Made by a program: the position numbers and the translations under genes. The notes beneath the pieces are model-generated. The model was not told where the DNA came from. It was given only the letters and a program-made list of their open reading frames with translations, and made no database searches. Positions 1 through 9,678 of a stretch of DNA of 15,398 nt are shown one piece after another. Origin of the DNA: Paraspadella gotoi (lineage: Eukaryota > Animalia > Chaetognatha); assembly GCA_051294375.1 (NCBI GenBank), contig CM119267.1:5225078-5240475 (forward strand), given 5' to 3'. Each line of letters begins with the position of its first letter. Position 1 is the stretch's first letter.

Positions 1-329
1 ACTCAAAATCTCTTTCCTTACTTTTCCAAAAACCCTTTTTTACCTTACCTTCATTCGATTCTTAGTCCTTTCCTCGTCGAAAGACTTCTACCCTTACCTA
101 CCCAAATTTCGCCGGCACCCTGTCAACCAATAGGTCAATCCAGGCCACACCACTCGCAGTGGCATTAAGAGAAATGGCGAACACTCCGCTAATTCTTTTT
201 TTTTTTGGCAGGCACCGCCCCCCCTGAAAGCCACTCTCTTACAATTAACTTAACAACTTACCAATAATGAAGTTTTAGATCTTTTAAAAATCTTATGTTT
301 AAAAAAATCAAATGTTAAAAAGTTAATTT

Positions 330-363
330 ATTCATTCATTTATTCATTCATTCATTCATTCAT
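330..363. repeat. (TTCA)n microsatellite
   Basis: Imperfect ttca tetranucleotide run seen directly. Confidence 0.85.
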
Positions 364-478
364 TTATTCTCTGTAGTAAAAACTATCATATGCTGAAAAG
401 TTATAGTCATTTTTTCGAGATCTAAACGTTACAATTCCCTCTTCCACACCCAAAAAAAACCCCGAACCCTCCTACCAG

Positions 479-613
479 ACCACGGCGGCGTCGCCCTCAG
501 CCGAGACTCCCTCCACATCCGCAGGGCCGAGTATCGCGACGGCGGCCTCTACTCTTGCAGGGCGTCCAACGATGTGGGAGTCGTGCAGCACAAGATGAAA
601 GTCATCCTGGAAG
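479..613 (+). CDS. Internal coding exon of a host immunoglobulin-superfamily gene (C-terminal half of an Ig I-set/C2-like domain)
   Basis: GC-rich island bounded by acceptor ...cctacCAG (AG 477-478) and donor G|GTGAGT (GT 614-615). It is 135 bp, phase 1/1, and translates as (x)HGGVALSRDSLHIRRAEYRDGGLYSCRASNDVGVVQHKMKVILE, which matches the Ig signature L-x-I-x-x-A-x3-D-x-G-x-Y-x-C-x-A-x-N-x-x-G. The ORF track shows only its tail (574..882). Confidence 0.88.
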
Positions 614-629
614 GTGAGTCTGTCTCTCA

Positions 630-735
<106 letters not shown>

Positions 736-1104
736 TTTTTTTCAATTAGAAAAAAAATCCAATGTTTAAAAAAAAAGGGTTCAGTCCATGAAAAGATTTT
801 CTGCTACCAAAATATAATCACTTTGCCACGCAACCTTCATATTTTTCGATGCGGCCATCAATTTTCGGCTGCATCTCTCTAAGTCCGAGCTCAATTAGAA
901 TTACTACTTATCTTTATATATCAATGTATATTTAAGTTAAAAGTTACTTTTTTGCGGGGATTAAATACTAAAACCCTAAACTCCGAAAGAAAACCGTCGA
1001 TGACTAACAAATTGACTTTATTGAATTAAGTTATTAATAAATTTAATAAATTTATTCCGCAGCATAAATTTAAGTACATTGTTCTTTTTTTTTTATCGTC
1101 ACAG

Positions 1105-1205
1105 TGAGCGGTTACCGCAAAGTTCACCGCTTCTCCGTTGGAGGGACTCGAGAGAGGATAGTAGGAAATTTGCGGCCCATTTATAGGTTTTATCAAGAAA
1201 AATGA
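1105..1205 (+). CDS. Candidate next (possibly terminal) exon of the Ig gene
   Basis: Poly-T tract plus CAG acceptor (1102-1104). A phase-1 join to exon 479-613 gives an open frame VSGYRKVHRFSVGGTRERIVGNLRPIYRFYQEK* (TGA 1203-1205), with AATAAA at 1224-1229. No homology recognised. Confidence 0.35.
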
Positions 1206-1727
1206 TCTTCGTTATTAAAGGAGAATAAAAAGAAGAGATTAGGAAAGTGGAACGAGATGATGGGAAAGAGATTAATAGACCCAAGAGTTATTAGTATATT
1301 TTTTCACTACCTAAAATTATCAAAAGATTTTATCTGTGTCGCCCCAACCCTGCGTCCCCTTAAACTTCCAGCCCGTTCGTCCCCTTCGTCGGTTCTGGGT
1401 TTTTTGGCTCCAACTTTTTCTTCGAATTCATCCATCATTTTTCGAGGTGGAACCGCGAGGAAAAAAATCTCGATTTTTTTAGATTCGCCACAGCACCCTT
1501 TTTTTTACCACCCTCCGTTTACCCCAACTGGTTTACCACTCCCAACCGGTTATTTTACTCGGTATAACCTTCGCCATTTGTAATTGTACGGCGGCGCTTA
1601 ATAATGACAAGCACTCTTTTTACGCTTAATACTACCATAATGTTCAATTGTCATTTAATCTGTTATTTTACCCTAATTTTGCCTATTCTACCTCTGTTTG
1701 ACTCTCCGTCTGGAGCTGAAGCAATTT

Positions 1728-1965
1728 TCTTTCCTCCCCTCCCTCTTCTTTTCTCCATCGCCATTTTAATTTAGCCGCTTCCTCCCTTTCCTCCCTTTCC
1801 TTCATTTCCTCCCTTTCCTCCTTTTCCTCCATCGCCATTTTTATTTAGCTCCTTTTCTCCCTTTCCTCCCTTTTCTCCCTTTCCTCCCTTTCCTCCATCG
1901 CCATTTTAAATTTCGCCGCTTCCTCCATTTCCTCCCTTTCCTTTTCCCATCTTTCACTTCCACCT
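1728..1965. repeat. Pyrimidine-rich compound tandem repeat (~70-bp period)
   Basis: Three copies of ctccatcgccatttt(a/t)... (~1753, ~1826, ~1893) separated by tttcctccct-type decamers. Confidence 0.8.
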
Positions 1966-2064
1966 TTCAGATCATCAATAGACTTAAATTTTTTTCTTCT
2001 CTTTTCTTTCGAAGAGAAAGAAATTTCGTTTTTCTCTTTCGATTTTTTTAAAAAAGGGTTTTGT

Positions 2065-2065
<1 letters not shown>

Positions 2066-2097
<32 letters not shown>

Positions 2098-2435
2098 NNN
2101 NNNNNNNNNNNNNNNNNNNNNNNNNNNNNNNNNNNNNNNNNNNNNNNNNNNNNNNNNNNNNNNNNNNNNNNNNNNNNNNNNNNNNNNNNNNNNNNNNNNN
2201 NNNNNNNNNNNNNNNNNNNNNNNNNNNNNNNNNNNNNNNNNNNNNNNNNNNNNNNNNNNNNNNNNNNNNNNNNNNNNNNNNNNNNNNNNNNNNNNNNNNN
2301 NNNNNNNNNNNNNNNNNNNNNNNNNNNNNNNNNNNNNNNNNNNNNNNNNNNNNNNNNNNNNNNNNNNNNNNNNNNNNNNNNNNNNNNNNNNNNNNNNNNN
2401 NNNNNNNNNNNNNNNNNNNNNNNNNNNNTCTCTCT
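2066..2435. repeat. (CT)n microsatellite spanning an assembly gap
   Basis: CT runs on both sides of the N-gap ~2098-2428. Confidence 0.85.
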
Positions 2436-2675
2436 TTAATCTTTAACCCCCAAAATCATCCGATCCTTTACGTGATAAATGATGAGTTTAAAAAGAGAAG
2501 AAACAAGAAAGTCTTAATTGTTACAACTTGAGGTCAAAAAATAGAGAGTTAACCCCCAAGCAGGATTCTGTTTTAGAATAATTAATAATACTATAAATCT
2601 ATATATATTTATGAATTTTATGCATCTATTCTCAAAGGATAGAGAGATTTGATTGAGCGAGAGAGAGAGAGAGAG

Positions 2676-2760
2676 AATTGAATTGAATTGAATTGAACAG
2701 TACATGACCCTGGACAGCAACTCGTACGTCTAAAGGGTCTTTTGTTTTTCGTGTTAAAAT
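2676..2760 (-). mobile_element. Possible 3' end of a non-LTR retroposon (LINE/SINE) with stem-loop and (TTCAA)n tail
   Basis: On the minus strand a GACCCT...AGGGTC hairpin (2706-2739) is followed by four CAATT/TTCAA repeats (2676-2697). This is the arrangement of CR1/L2-type 3' ends. No ORF homology recognised. Confidence 0.35.
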
Positions 2761-3636
2761 ACATGATACTCTGTAAAAGCGTACGGAATGTCACTCAAGG
2801 CGATCATTCACTTGGATTCTCTGTTCATTTGTTTTCCAAACGTTTTCAAATCGTTCAATCAGCTAACATGAAATACAATTTTGGATTAGGTTACATTAAT
2901 CAATGTAGAAACCTATTTTAGAATGTCTGGGTGATTTGTAAAGAATGTAAAGAATTTGTTATTTTTTTTCCCCTTTTTTTTTTTAAGCAAGTAACATTAA
3001 TTTGAAAATTCAAATAGATGAAAGCTGCGCATAAATTCTTAAATCGTAAGAAAACAGTAGAATAACGAATATCACAGGATAATTGTGAAATACTATGATT
3101 TGTTTCTAAAACAATCATGCAAGGTTTCAAATCCGAGTTTTGTTATATGAAATTCATTCTCCGTTATGCTTTTTTTTCATTTAAATATTGAATTTATGGA
3201 TTCATGTTTGATTATTTTTTTATCTTTGCTTAATAACGATTTATTTTACATTAAAATATAACTCCCGTTTTCTTGTTATTTACCAACTTGTCCCTCTTTT
3301 TCCTTAATTTCTTTGTCGCTTAATTTTATTTTCTTTCTATTGACAAGCTCTTTACAATTTTTGTGGCATAAATAAATCTACTGTCAGTATCCATCAGAAA
3401 ATACTTATTATTACTTTACGAAGAATTTTTTTTTTGGAAAAGTAAGATTTTTTAAAACTTGTTTAAATTTTTCGGCTTTCAGAATTCGACTCAAATAACT
3501 GGCTCTCAGCCGAAAAGTCATTAATTAATCCAATAAACTGGATTTTTATAATTTCAAGTTAAGTTTGAATTTATCCTATCATTTCATGAAAAACTGTATT
3601 GACGTATCTTCCAAATAAAAAAAAATTAAGTATTAA

Positions 3637-3650
3637 CTCTCTCTCTCTCT

Positions 3651-3684
<34 letters not shown>
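3637..3684. repeat. (CT)n microsatellite
   Basis: Seen directly; it abuts the LINE fragment. Confidence 0.9.
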
Positions 3685-3686
<2 letters not shown>

Positions 3687-4300
3687 ACTTTTCAGTGGCC
3701 TTCAATTCGATGTGGAATGATGAGCTTGATTATAAAATGATAAAAAAAGGTTTTCCAGAGACATTATAAAAATGGTTTATTCTTATCTGAATGGGAGAAT
3801 GATGAACGTCATTGAGGCTGAATTGAAATCTGAAACTAAGTTGCTCGGGAAAGGCTCACACAAGTGGTATCTTGAGACCTCTTTGTTCTCTGACGTTGAA
3901 GACTGCCTGCATTCCATGGAAAAAAGTTAAGGAGTGCAAAATATGCAGATGACACAACATGATCATTGGGCAAGCGGTAAATGCTGTCAGCAAATATTGC
4001 CAGCCAAAAAAGACTTCAACCAATCCTAGACAATCGGAATCGATCGCCCCTGAAATTCTGTGAATGGAACTGCTGGAGCCTAATGATTATCTCACTGGAA
4101 TCAAATATTCGAAACTGCAACTGTAATCACAAATGTAGACTGTGTAATTCCGGTATATTAAGCATTGCTTGGATTAACATGACAAAACATCAATGGGAAA
4201 AAGTAGACAAACTCCATATCCAAGCAATGAGAATATTCCTAGATCACCAAATCCATATCTGCTAATCGACTGGTTCTTGAGCAAGCAACACATCCAATCT
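3683..4300 (+). pseudogene. Degenerate non-LTR retrotransposon (LINE) reverse-transcriptase fragment
   Basis: Stitched frames read LDFSVAFNSMWNDELDYKMIKKGFP / RDIIKMVYSYLNGRMMNV...SETKLLGKG (cf. LDxxKAFDxVWHxGLxxK...GFP...SYLxxR...GVPQG), AKYADDTT (YADD at 3942-3953), QKRLQPILDN and IAWINMTKHQWEKVDKLHIQAMRI. It has several frameshifts, stops and an internal deletion; the right boundary is approximate. Confidence 0.8.
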
Positions 4301-4604
4301 ATCAGAAACTTTTTTCAACTTACACGGAAAAGGGTCCTAAAATCGTTGGAAAAAAATGACCTGTTTGATGACATCATTAGAAGATCTGATGAAGAGAGCA
4401 CAAAAACCCCGTTTCTCCATGGAAATCGTTTCCACAAAACNNNNNNNNNNNNNNNNNNNNNNNNNGAGAGAGAGTCTTTTTAAAAATGAATGTTGCAGAT
4501 CAAGCAATAAATATCTAAGCGAGAAAACGTTCGACGTCGATGGAGACAAGAAGTCGAGACTTTGAGCTAAACTGGGAAAACTTTGCGTAGAGATTTACGG
4601 TTCG

Positions 4605-5100
4605 CGTCGTTGTTGTTGTGGTCGTCGTTGAGATCGTCGTTGTGGTGGTCGTTGTGGTCNNNNNNNNNNNNNNNNNNNNNNNNNNNNNNNNNNNNNNNNN
4701 NNNNNNNNNNNNNNNNNNNNNNNNNNNNNNNNNNNNNNNNNNNNNNNNNNNNNNNNNNNNNNNNNNNNNNNNNNNNNNNNNNNNNNNNNNNNNNNNNNNN
4801 NNNNNNNNNNNNNNNNNNNNNNNNNNNNNNNNNNNNNNNNNNNNNNNNNNNNNNNNNNNNNNNNNNNNNNNNNNNNNNNNNNNNNNNNNNNNNNNNNNNN
4901 NNNNNNNNNNNNNNNNNNNNNNNNNNNNNNNNNNNNNNNNNNNNNNNNNNNNNNNNNNNNNNNNNNNNNNNNNNNNNNNNNNNNNNNNNNNNNNNNNNNN
5001 NNNNGTCGTCGTTGTGGTCGTCGTTATGGTCGTTGTGGTTGTTGTGGTCGTCGTTGTGGTCCTTGTGGTCGTAGTTGAGGTCGACGTTGTGGTCGTCGTT
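4605..5100. repeat. 12-bp minisatellite (GTCGTCGTTGTG)n spanning a gap
   Basis: Repeat units flank both sides of the N-gap 4660-5003. Confidence 0.85.
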
Positions 5101-5587
5101 CAGAACTGAACTGATTCACAGCTGATCCACAAGTGATTTATTTATGTTTTAAAGGCTTTAAAGGCTTTAAACTGTGATCGTTAATAATCTTAAGGTTCAA
5201 CAATAAACAAAAGTCGTCAAACTATTTTTGATGTTATTTTAATGAAACTTGTTTTTACTCAAAAATTTAAATCTGCTTTTCAACGATATTTATTTCTTCA
5301 AATATTTGTCCCAATTGTTTTTAGTAGACGACGCATCTTTCCTTCTTTTTTTTTTAAATCTTTTTCCTTCTTTTGCCGAAACGAAAAAAAAACAACTCAC
5401 AAAACGTCCTCGTTGCCAAGCGACGCCCTAGAAAACTTCCGGGTGCCAAATACGATTGACGTCGCCAGAGAGAAAGAAGATTTTTATCTTTCCTTAGTTT
5501 CTCCGCCCTGTTTCAATTTCTTGCGATTCGTTCGCGCGGGAAAAAAACGGGAATTTTGGTATTTTATTACAAGAAATAATAATAAAT

Positions 5588-5589
5588 AA

Positions 5590-5657
<68 letters not shown>

Positions 5658-5658
5658 A
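5588..5658. repeat. (AAAG)n microsatellite
   Basis: About 17 AAAG units seen directly. Confidence 0.95.
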
Positions 5659-5795
5659 ATACAAAAATACAGAAATACATAAATACAGAAAGAAATTAAA
5701 AAAAAGAAAAAAAGAAAGAAAAAGAGAAAGAACTAGATTTTTGGGCGGGAAAATTTGACGACCATCGAATCTCGTCGCCATTTCGATTTAAAACG

Positions 5796-5831
<36 letters not shown>
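5796..5831. repeat. (CT)n microsatellite at gap edge
   Basis: Seen directly; it runs into the N-gap 5832-6005. Confidence 0.9.
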
Positions 5832-6172
5832 NNNNNNNNNNNNNNNNNNNNNNNNNNNNNNNNNNNNNNNNNNNNNNNNNNNNNNNNNNNNNNNNNNNNN
5901 NNNNNNNNNNNNNNNNNNNNNNNNNNNNNNNNNNNNNNNNNNNNNNNNNNNNNNNNNNNNNNNNNNNNNNNNNNNNNNNNNNNNNNNNNNNNNNNNNNNN
6001 NNNNNCCCCGAAAATGAAAGAATGCACTTACCTAAACTCGCAATTCCTTCCCTTACCCTTAATCCACCTTACTTTTTCTCTACTCATCACGCCCTGCAAC
6101 CATTTTCTCTCTTCCTTCTCTCCTCCCTTTCCGAAGAAGTATTATTATGTAACCTGATCCTTTTATAAAATT

Positions 6173-6358
6173 CCTCTAACCCTCTAACCTCTCTTTTCCT
6201 TTTTTTTCCCTGTAACCCTCTAACCTCTCTTTTCCCCTTTTTTTCCCTCTAACCCTCTAACCTCTCTTTTCCCCTTTTTTTCCCTCTAACCCTTTAACCT
6301 CCCTTTTCCCTTTTTTTTCCCTCTAACCCTTTAACCTCCCTTTTCCCTTTTTTTTTCT
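6173..6358. repeat. ~37-bp minisatellite, about 5 copies
   Basis: Unit approximates cctctaaccctctaacctctcttttcc(c)ttttttt, repeated about five times. Confidence 0.85.
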
Positions 6359-6423
6359 CTCCAGAGGTGATGAAGAAAGACCTCGACTCTCTATCTTTAA
6401 TTTTTTCATGTGTCTCTCTCCCC

Positions 6424-6593
6424 TTTTTTTTATTTGCGCCGCGAGTACTCGCGGAGCATATCTACAAGTCACTTTTCAATCGGTCTGTCGGTCGGTCGGT
6501 CGGTCCGTCGGTATGTCTGTCCGTCGGTCTGTCCCACTAACGTTAAAAATGCTCATAACTTGCATAAAGTTGGTTACTCGGTGCTCATTTGTT
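6424..6593 (+). mobile_element. Short Helentron-associated (HINE/DINE-1-like) non-autonomous element
   Basis: T-run followed by the perfect palindrome CCGCGAGTACTCGCGG (6439-6454), then a (GTCG/GTCY)n microsatellite (~6481-6533), then an imperfect inverted copy of the 5' end (TACTCGGTGC, 6575-6584) and TTTGTT. Confidence 0.55.
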
Positions 6594-7044
6594 AAGAAGG
6601 TAAAATCCTTAAATTTAAGAGACTACTAGCCCCGCCTTCAGGAAATCCTAAAACTATCCTTTCTCCTCTTCTTTTTTCTATCTTTCTTTTCTTCTTATCT
6701 TTTTTTCTCCCTTTCCTCCCTTTTCTTTCTGTTTTTCTTTTTCCTTTCCTCCGTTGCCTTCTTTCTTCCTTCCTTTCCTTCTTTCTCCCTTTCCTCCCTT
6801 TCTCCCTCTCCCTCCTCCACCTCCTCTCCNNNNNNNNNNNNNNNNNNNNNNNNNCCCCCACCCCTCCTCCTATTGATAGGCGGTAAACATCCGCGGGATT
6901 GTGTATAGAAAATTTGAGCAGAGACAGAAGTGATGTTGTATGTGTGTGTAGTGGTGTAACTGGGAGAGATAACCTCTTTTAGGAGGCGAGAATGGAACCA
7001 TTTTTATCCATTCTTTCGCTTTTGAGTAGAGTATGAGTAGGAAG

Positions 7045-7144
7045 AGAGAGAGTAGAGAGAGAGAGAGAAGAGAGAAAGAGAGAGAGAGAGAGAAGAGAGA
7101 ATGCGAGAGAGAGAGAGAGAGAGGGAGAGAAGAGTAAGAGAGAG
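7045..7144. repeat. Imperfect (GA)n microsatellite
   Basis: Seen directly. Confidence 0.9.
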
Positions 7145-7402
7145 GCAGCAGCAAAACGAAAAAGATTTCGACACTTTTATTCGGGATTGCGGCGATGACC
7201 AGTGCTATTTCTAAATCGGATTGTGTTTGAAGATTAAGAAACTAAATAAATAAGTAGTATTTCCTTTCTTTCGTTGTGTTTGAAAGACGTTAACTAAAGC
7301 AGCAGAGTTTTTACAAATTAAACTCTGTTGCTTTTTAAAATAAATAACAAACCAAAAAACAACAATGATTTTTTCTGATGACAACGAGTTAACGATGATT
7401 AG

Positions 7403-7530
7403 AACGACGACGACAACGACGACGACGACGACAACGACGATAAGGACGATGGCAACGATGACGACGACAATAACTACTGACGAAAAAAAGATGCTGACAA
7501 AGACGATAGTTTTAAAGACGAAGACGATTA
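7403..7530. repeat. (ACG)n-rich trinucleotide repeat
   Basis: acgacgacgacaacgacg... run; it gives the spurious poly-Thr ORF 7365..7583. Confidence 0.8.
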
Positions 7531-7773
7531 CCGCTACATATAAAACGTTTAAAAAAAAATATCGTAAAAGAAAAAAGAATTAAAGGTGACGACATTAAAG
7601 TAACGAGGTGAAGAAAGAACGATTCGTTGCGTTTCATTTACATTTACTACTACAATTCGGAGATTCGCTTAACTGTGGATCAGTGAACGAAGAAACTCAA
7701 GTCGAAAAGGAAAAAGATACAGTTCGAGTTGCGCACTGTGTAAAAATTGTGCATCATTATTACGAAAACAGGG

Positions 7774-9030
7774 TTTTTAGTCGGATCCCGACTCTATAAT
7801 TCACTTTGTCGGTCCGTCGGTCCGCCCCCTCAATATAGTCGGGCACTAACTTATATCATGTCAGAACTTCGAATTATGATAAATTATGCAAAAAAAATGA
7901 TGTCCGTCCGTCCGTCCATCCGTCCGTCCGTCCGTCCGTCCGTCCCACCTTAGCAAAAAACACCAATTACTCGTGATTGGATGGATGGATTTGAATGAAA
8001 TTCTGTGTGAGGGTAGGGAAGTGTGTGATTGAGATGGATATGAAAAGTTTCGAGGAATCGTCCGAGTGGAAATGAGTTTAAATGAGAAAAAGCAAAAAAA
8101 TATTTCACTATTTGAACACAATTGCTCAGGAGTGGATGGGGCGATTCGTTGGAATTTTGTATGTGAGTAGGAAAGTGTGAGAATTGAACAGGAAACCAAG
8201 TTTCGATGAAATCGTTTGAGTGGAAATGAGTTTAAATGGAAAAAATAAAAAACCTGTTTCCATAATTGATTTGATGTTTTTTCCTTTTATATTAAATGTA
8301 TATGCAGGATGTATTAATAAAATCAAATATTAATCAGTTAATTAATCAATTAGTCTTAATTAATTAATCACTAATAATTAATCAGTCAATCAATCCGTCC
8401 ATCACGTCCCACCTTAGCAAAAAGCCCCAATAACTCGTGATCGGCTGGTTGGATCGGAATGAAATTTGTGGTATGGGTAGGAACATGTGTGATGAAGCTG
8501 GATAAAAAGTTTCGACGGAATCGTGTGAGTGGATATGAGTTTAAATGGAAAAAACATAAGTCGCATTTACTAATCTTTTTACTTATTTTAACCAATAAAT
8601 ACTCTAATTAATCATAATTGGTGGGATAGATTGAGTTCAAATTTTGTGTGTGGGTAGGAAATGTGTCACGAAGCTTGATATAAGTTTTGGTACGAGATGA
8701 AATGAGTTTAAATGAAAAAAATATGAGTCACATTTACTTGACTCTTTTTACTTATTTTAACCCATAATAGATGAGATGAAATTTTGTGAGTGGGAAGAAA
8801 GTTTGTGAGAAGACTAGTATAAAAGTTTTGAACGGAATTGTGCCAGTGGAAATGAGTTTAAATGGAAAAAATATAAGTCACATTACTTTATTTTGGACAT
8901 CGATGATGATAAGCTGTATATAAATTTTATTATTATTAATAATAAAATTAAATTAATTATTTAATCGATTAATTATTAATTAAATTAATTTTCGTAGGCA
9001 GATCCGACATTGTTTGCTCAAACTTGTTTT
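7774..9030 (+). mobile_element. HINE/DINE-1-like non-autonomous Helentron element with internal tandem repeats
   Basis: 5' end is TTTTT plus hairpin AGTCGG-ATC-CCGACT (7779-7793), followed by (GTCC)n microsatellites (~7808-7824, 7902-7944). The 3' subterminal inverted repeat GATCCGAC (9001-9008) is the reverse complement of GTCGGATC (7780-7787). A 3' hairpin GTTTG-CT-CAAAC (9012-9023) precedes TTGTTTT. Five internal copies of a unit ending in ...(g)agtggaaatgagtttaaatg. Confidence 0.7.
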
Positions 9031-9108
9031 TTTGTTAATCGGTCTGTCTTTATAATCTGTCGCCATTCTCTATCTCTCTATTCTCACTGAATTCTATCTT
9101 TATATATC

Positions 9109-9678
9109 TGTGGCTAGTAACATTATTATTTGTTTTGATTTGATTATTTAATTTTGCAGTTAATGTACTCATTACATTTGGAGAATTAAATAAAGACATG
9201 TTGAGAGGAAAACATTGATCTAATGTTATTAACATGAGGTAAAAAGCCAAGACTGAAATCATTCAGTTAACAAGTAAAGGTAAACATTTAAAAATAAAAG
9301 ATTAAAACAGTTAAGCCATCTCTAGTGGGGAAACAAAATCATACAAAAACAAAAGATTTAGATCTGGCTAAATTACTAAGAATAATTTATCCTAATTGTC
9401 CACATCCGCTGTTAGGAAGTATAGACGGTAGATCTAAGAATATTACCAACAAAAAATATAAATCGTTGTGGTCCTTGTAAGTGTGGAAGAATGTTTATAC
9501 ATATTCTACAATATAACATTTTGTACAAAAGGTAATAAAGTTTCTTTGACTGACTTGACCGACTTTTAGTTGTCGTTTTGTTGACGTTTTAGTAGTTCTT
9601 TTAGTACTACTGCATATGTCGGACGATTTCCGCTGTTATATGGTCTCGAAAGTCTTGCACTACGCCTTAGTAGACACG
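9109..9678 (-). repeat. 3' LTR
   Basis: 9109-9335 aligns to 14094-14320 and ends ...AGCCACA on the element strand. Extension to ~9678 is inferred from an imperfect terminal inverted repeat (TGTGGCTAGTAA vs CGTGTCTACTAA) and from the end of integrase homology. Only 9109-9335 is confirmed by the second copy. Confidence 0.8.

Noticed and set aside
1257-1583. 108-aa ORF
   Set aside because: No recognisable domain, F/S/P-biased composition and no clear exon boundaries.
4583-5109. Poly-Val, WSSL, or minus-strand poly-Thr/NDDH ORFs suggesting a mucin-like exon
   Set aside because: They are translations of a 12-bp minisatellite spanning a gap, with no convincing splice sites or flanking coding sequence.
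7365-7583. Thr-rich ORF
   Set aside because: Product of an (ACG)n repeat in AT-rich non-coding DNA.
7941-8890. Repeated units resembling a CRISPR-like array
   Set aside because: The units are long, diverged and lack unique spacers, and the context is eukaryotic. They are better explained as HINE internal tandem repeats.
9494-9499. TATAAA on the element strand within the inferred LTR
   Set aside because: Plausible promoter, but such hexamers are common in AT-rich DNA and the matching 5' LTR region is in a gap.
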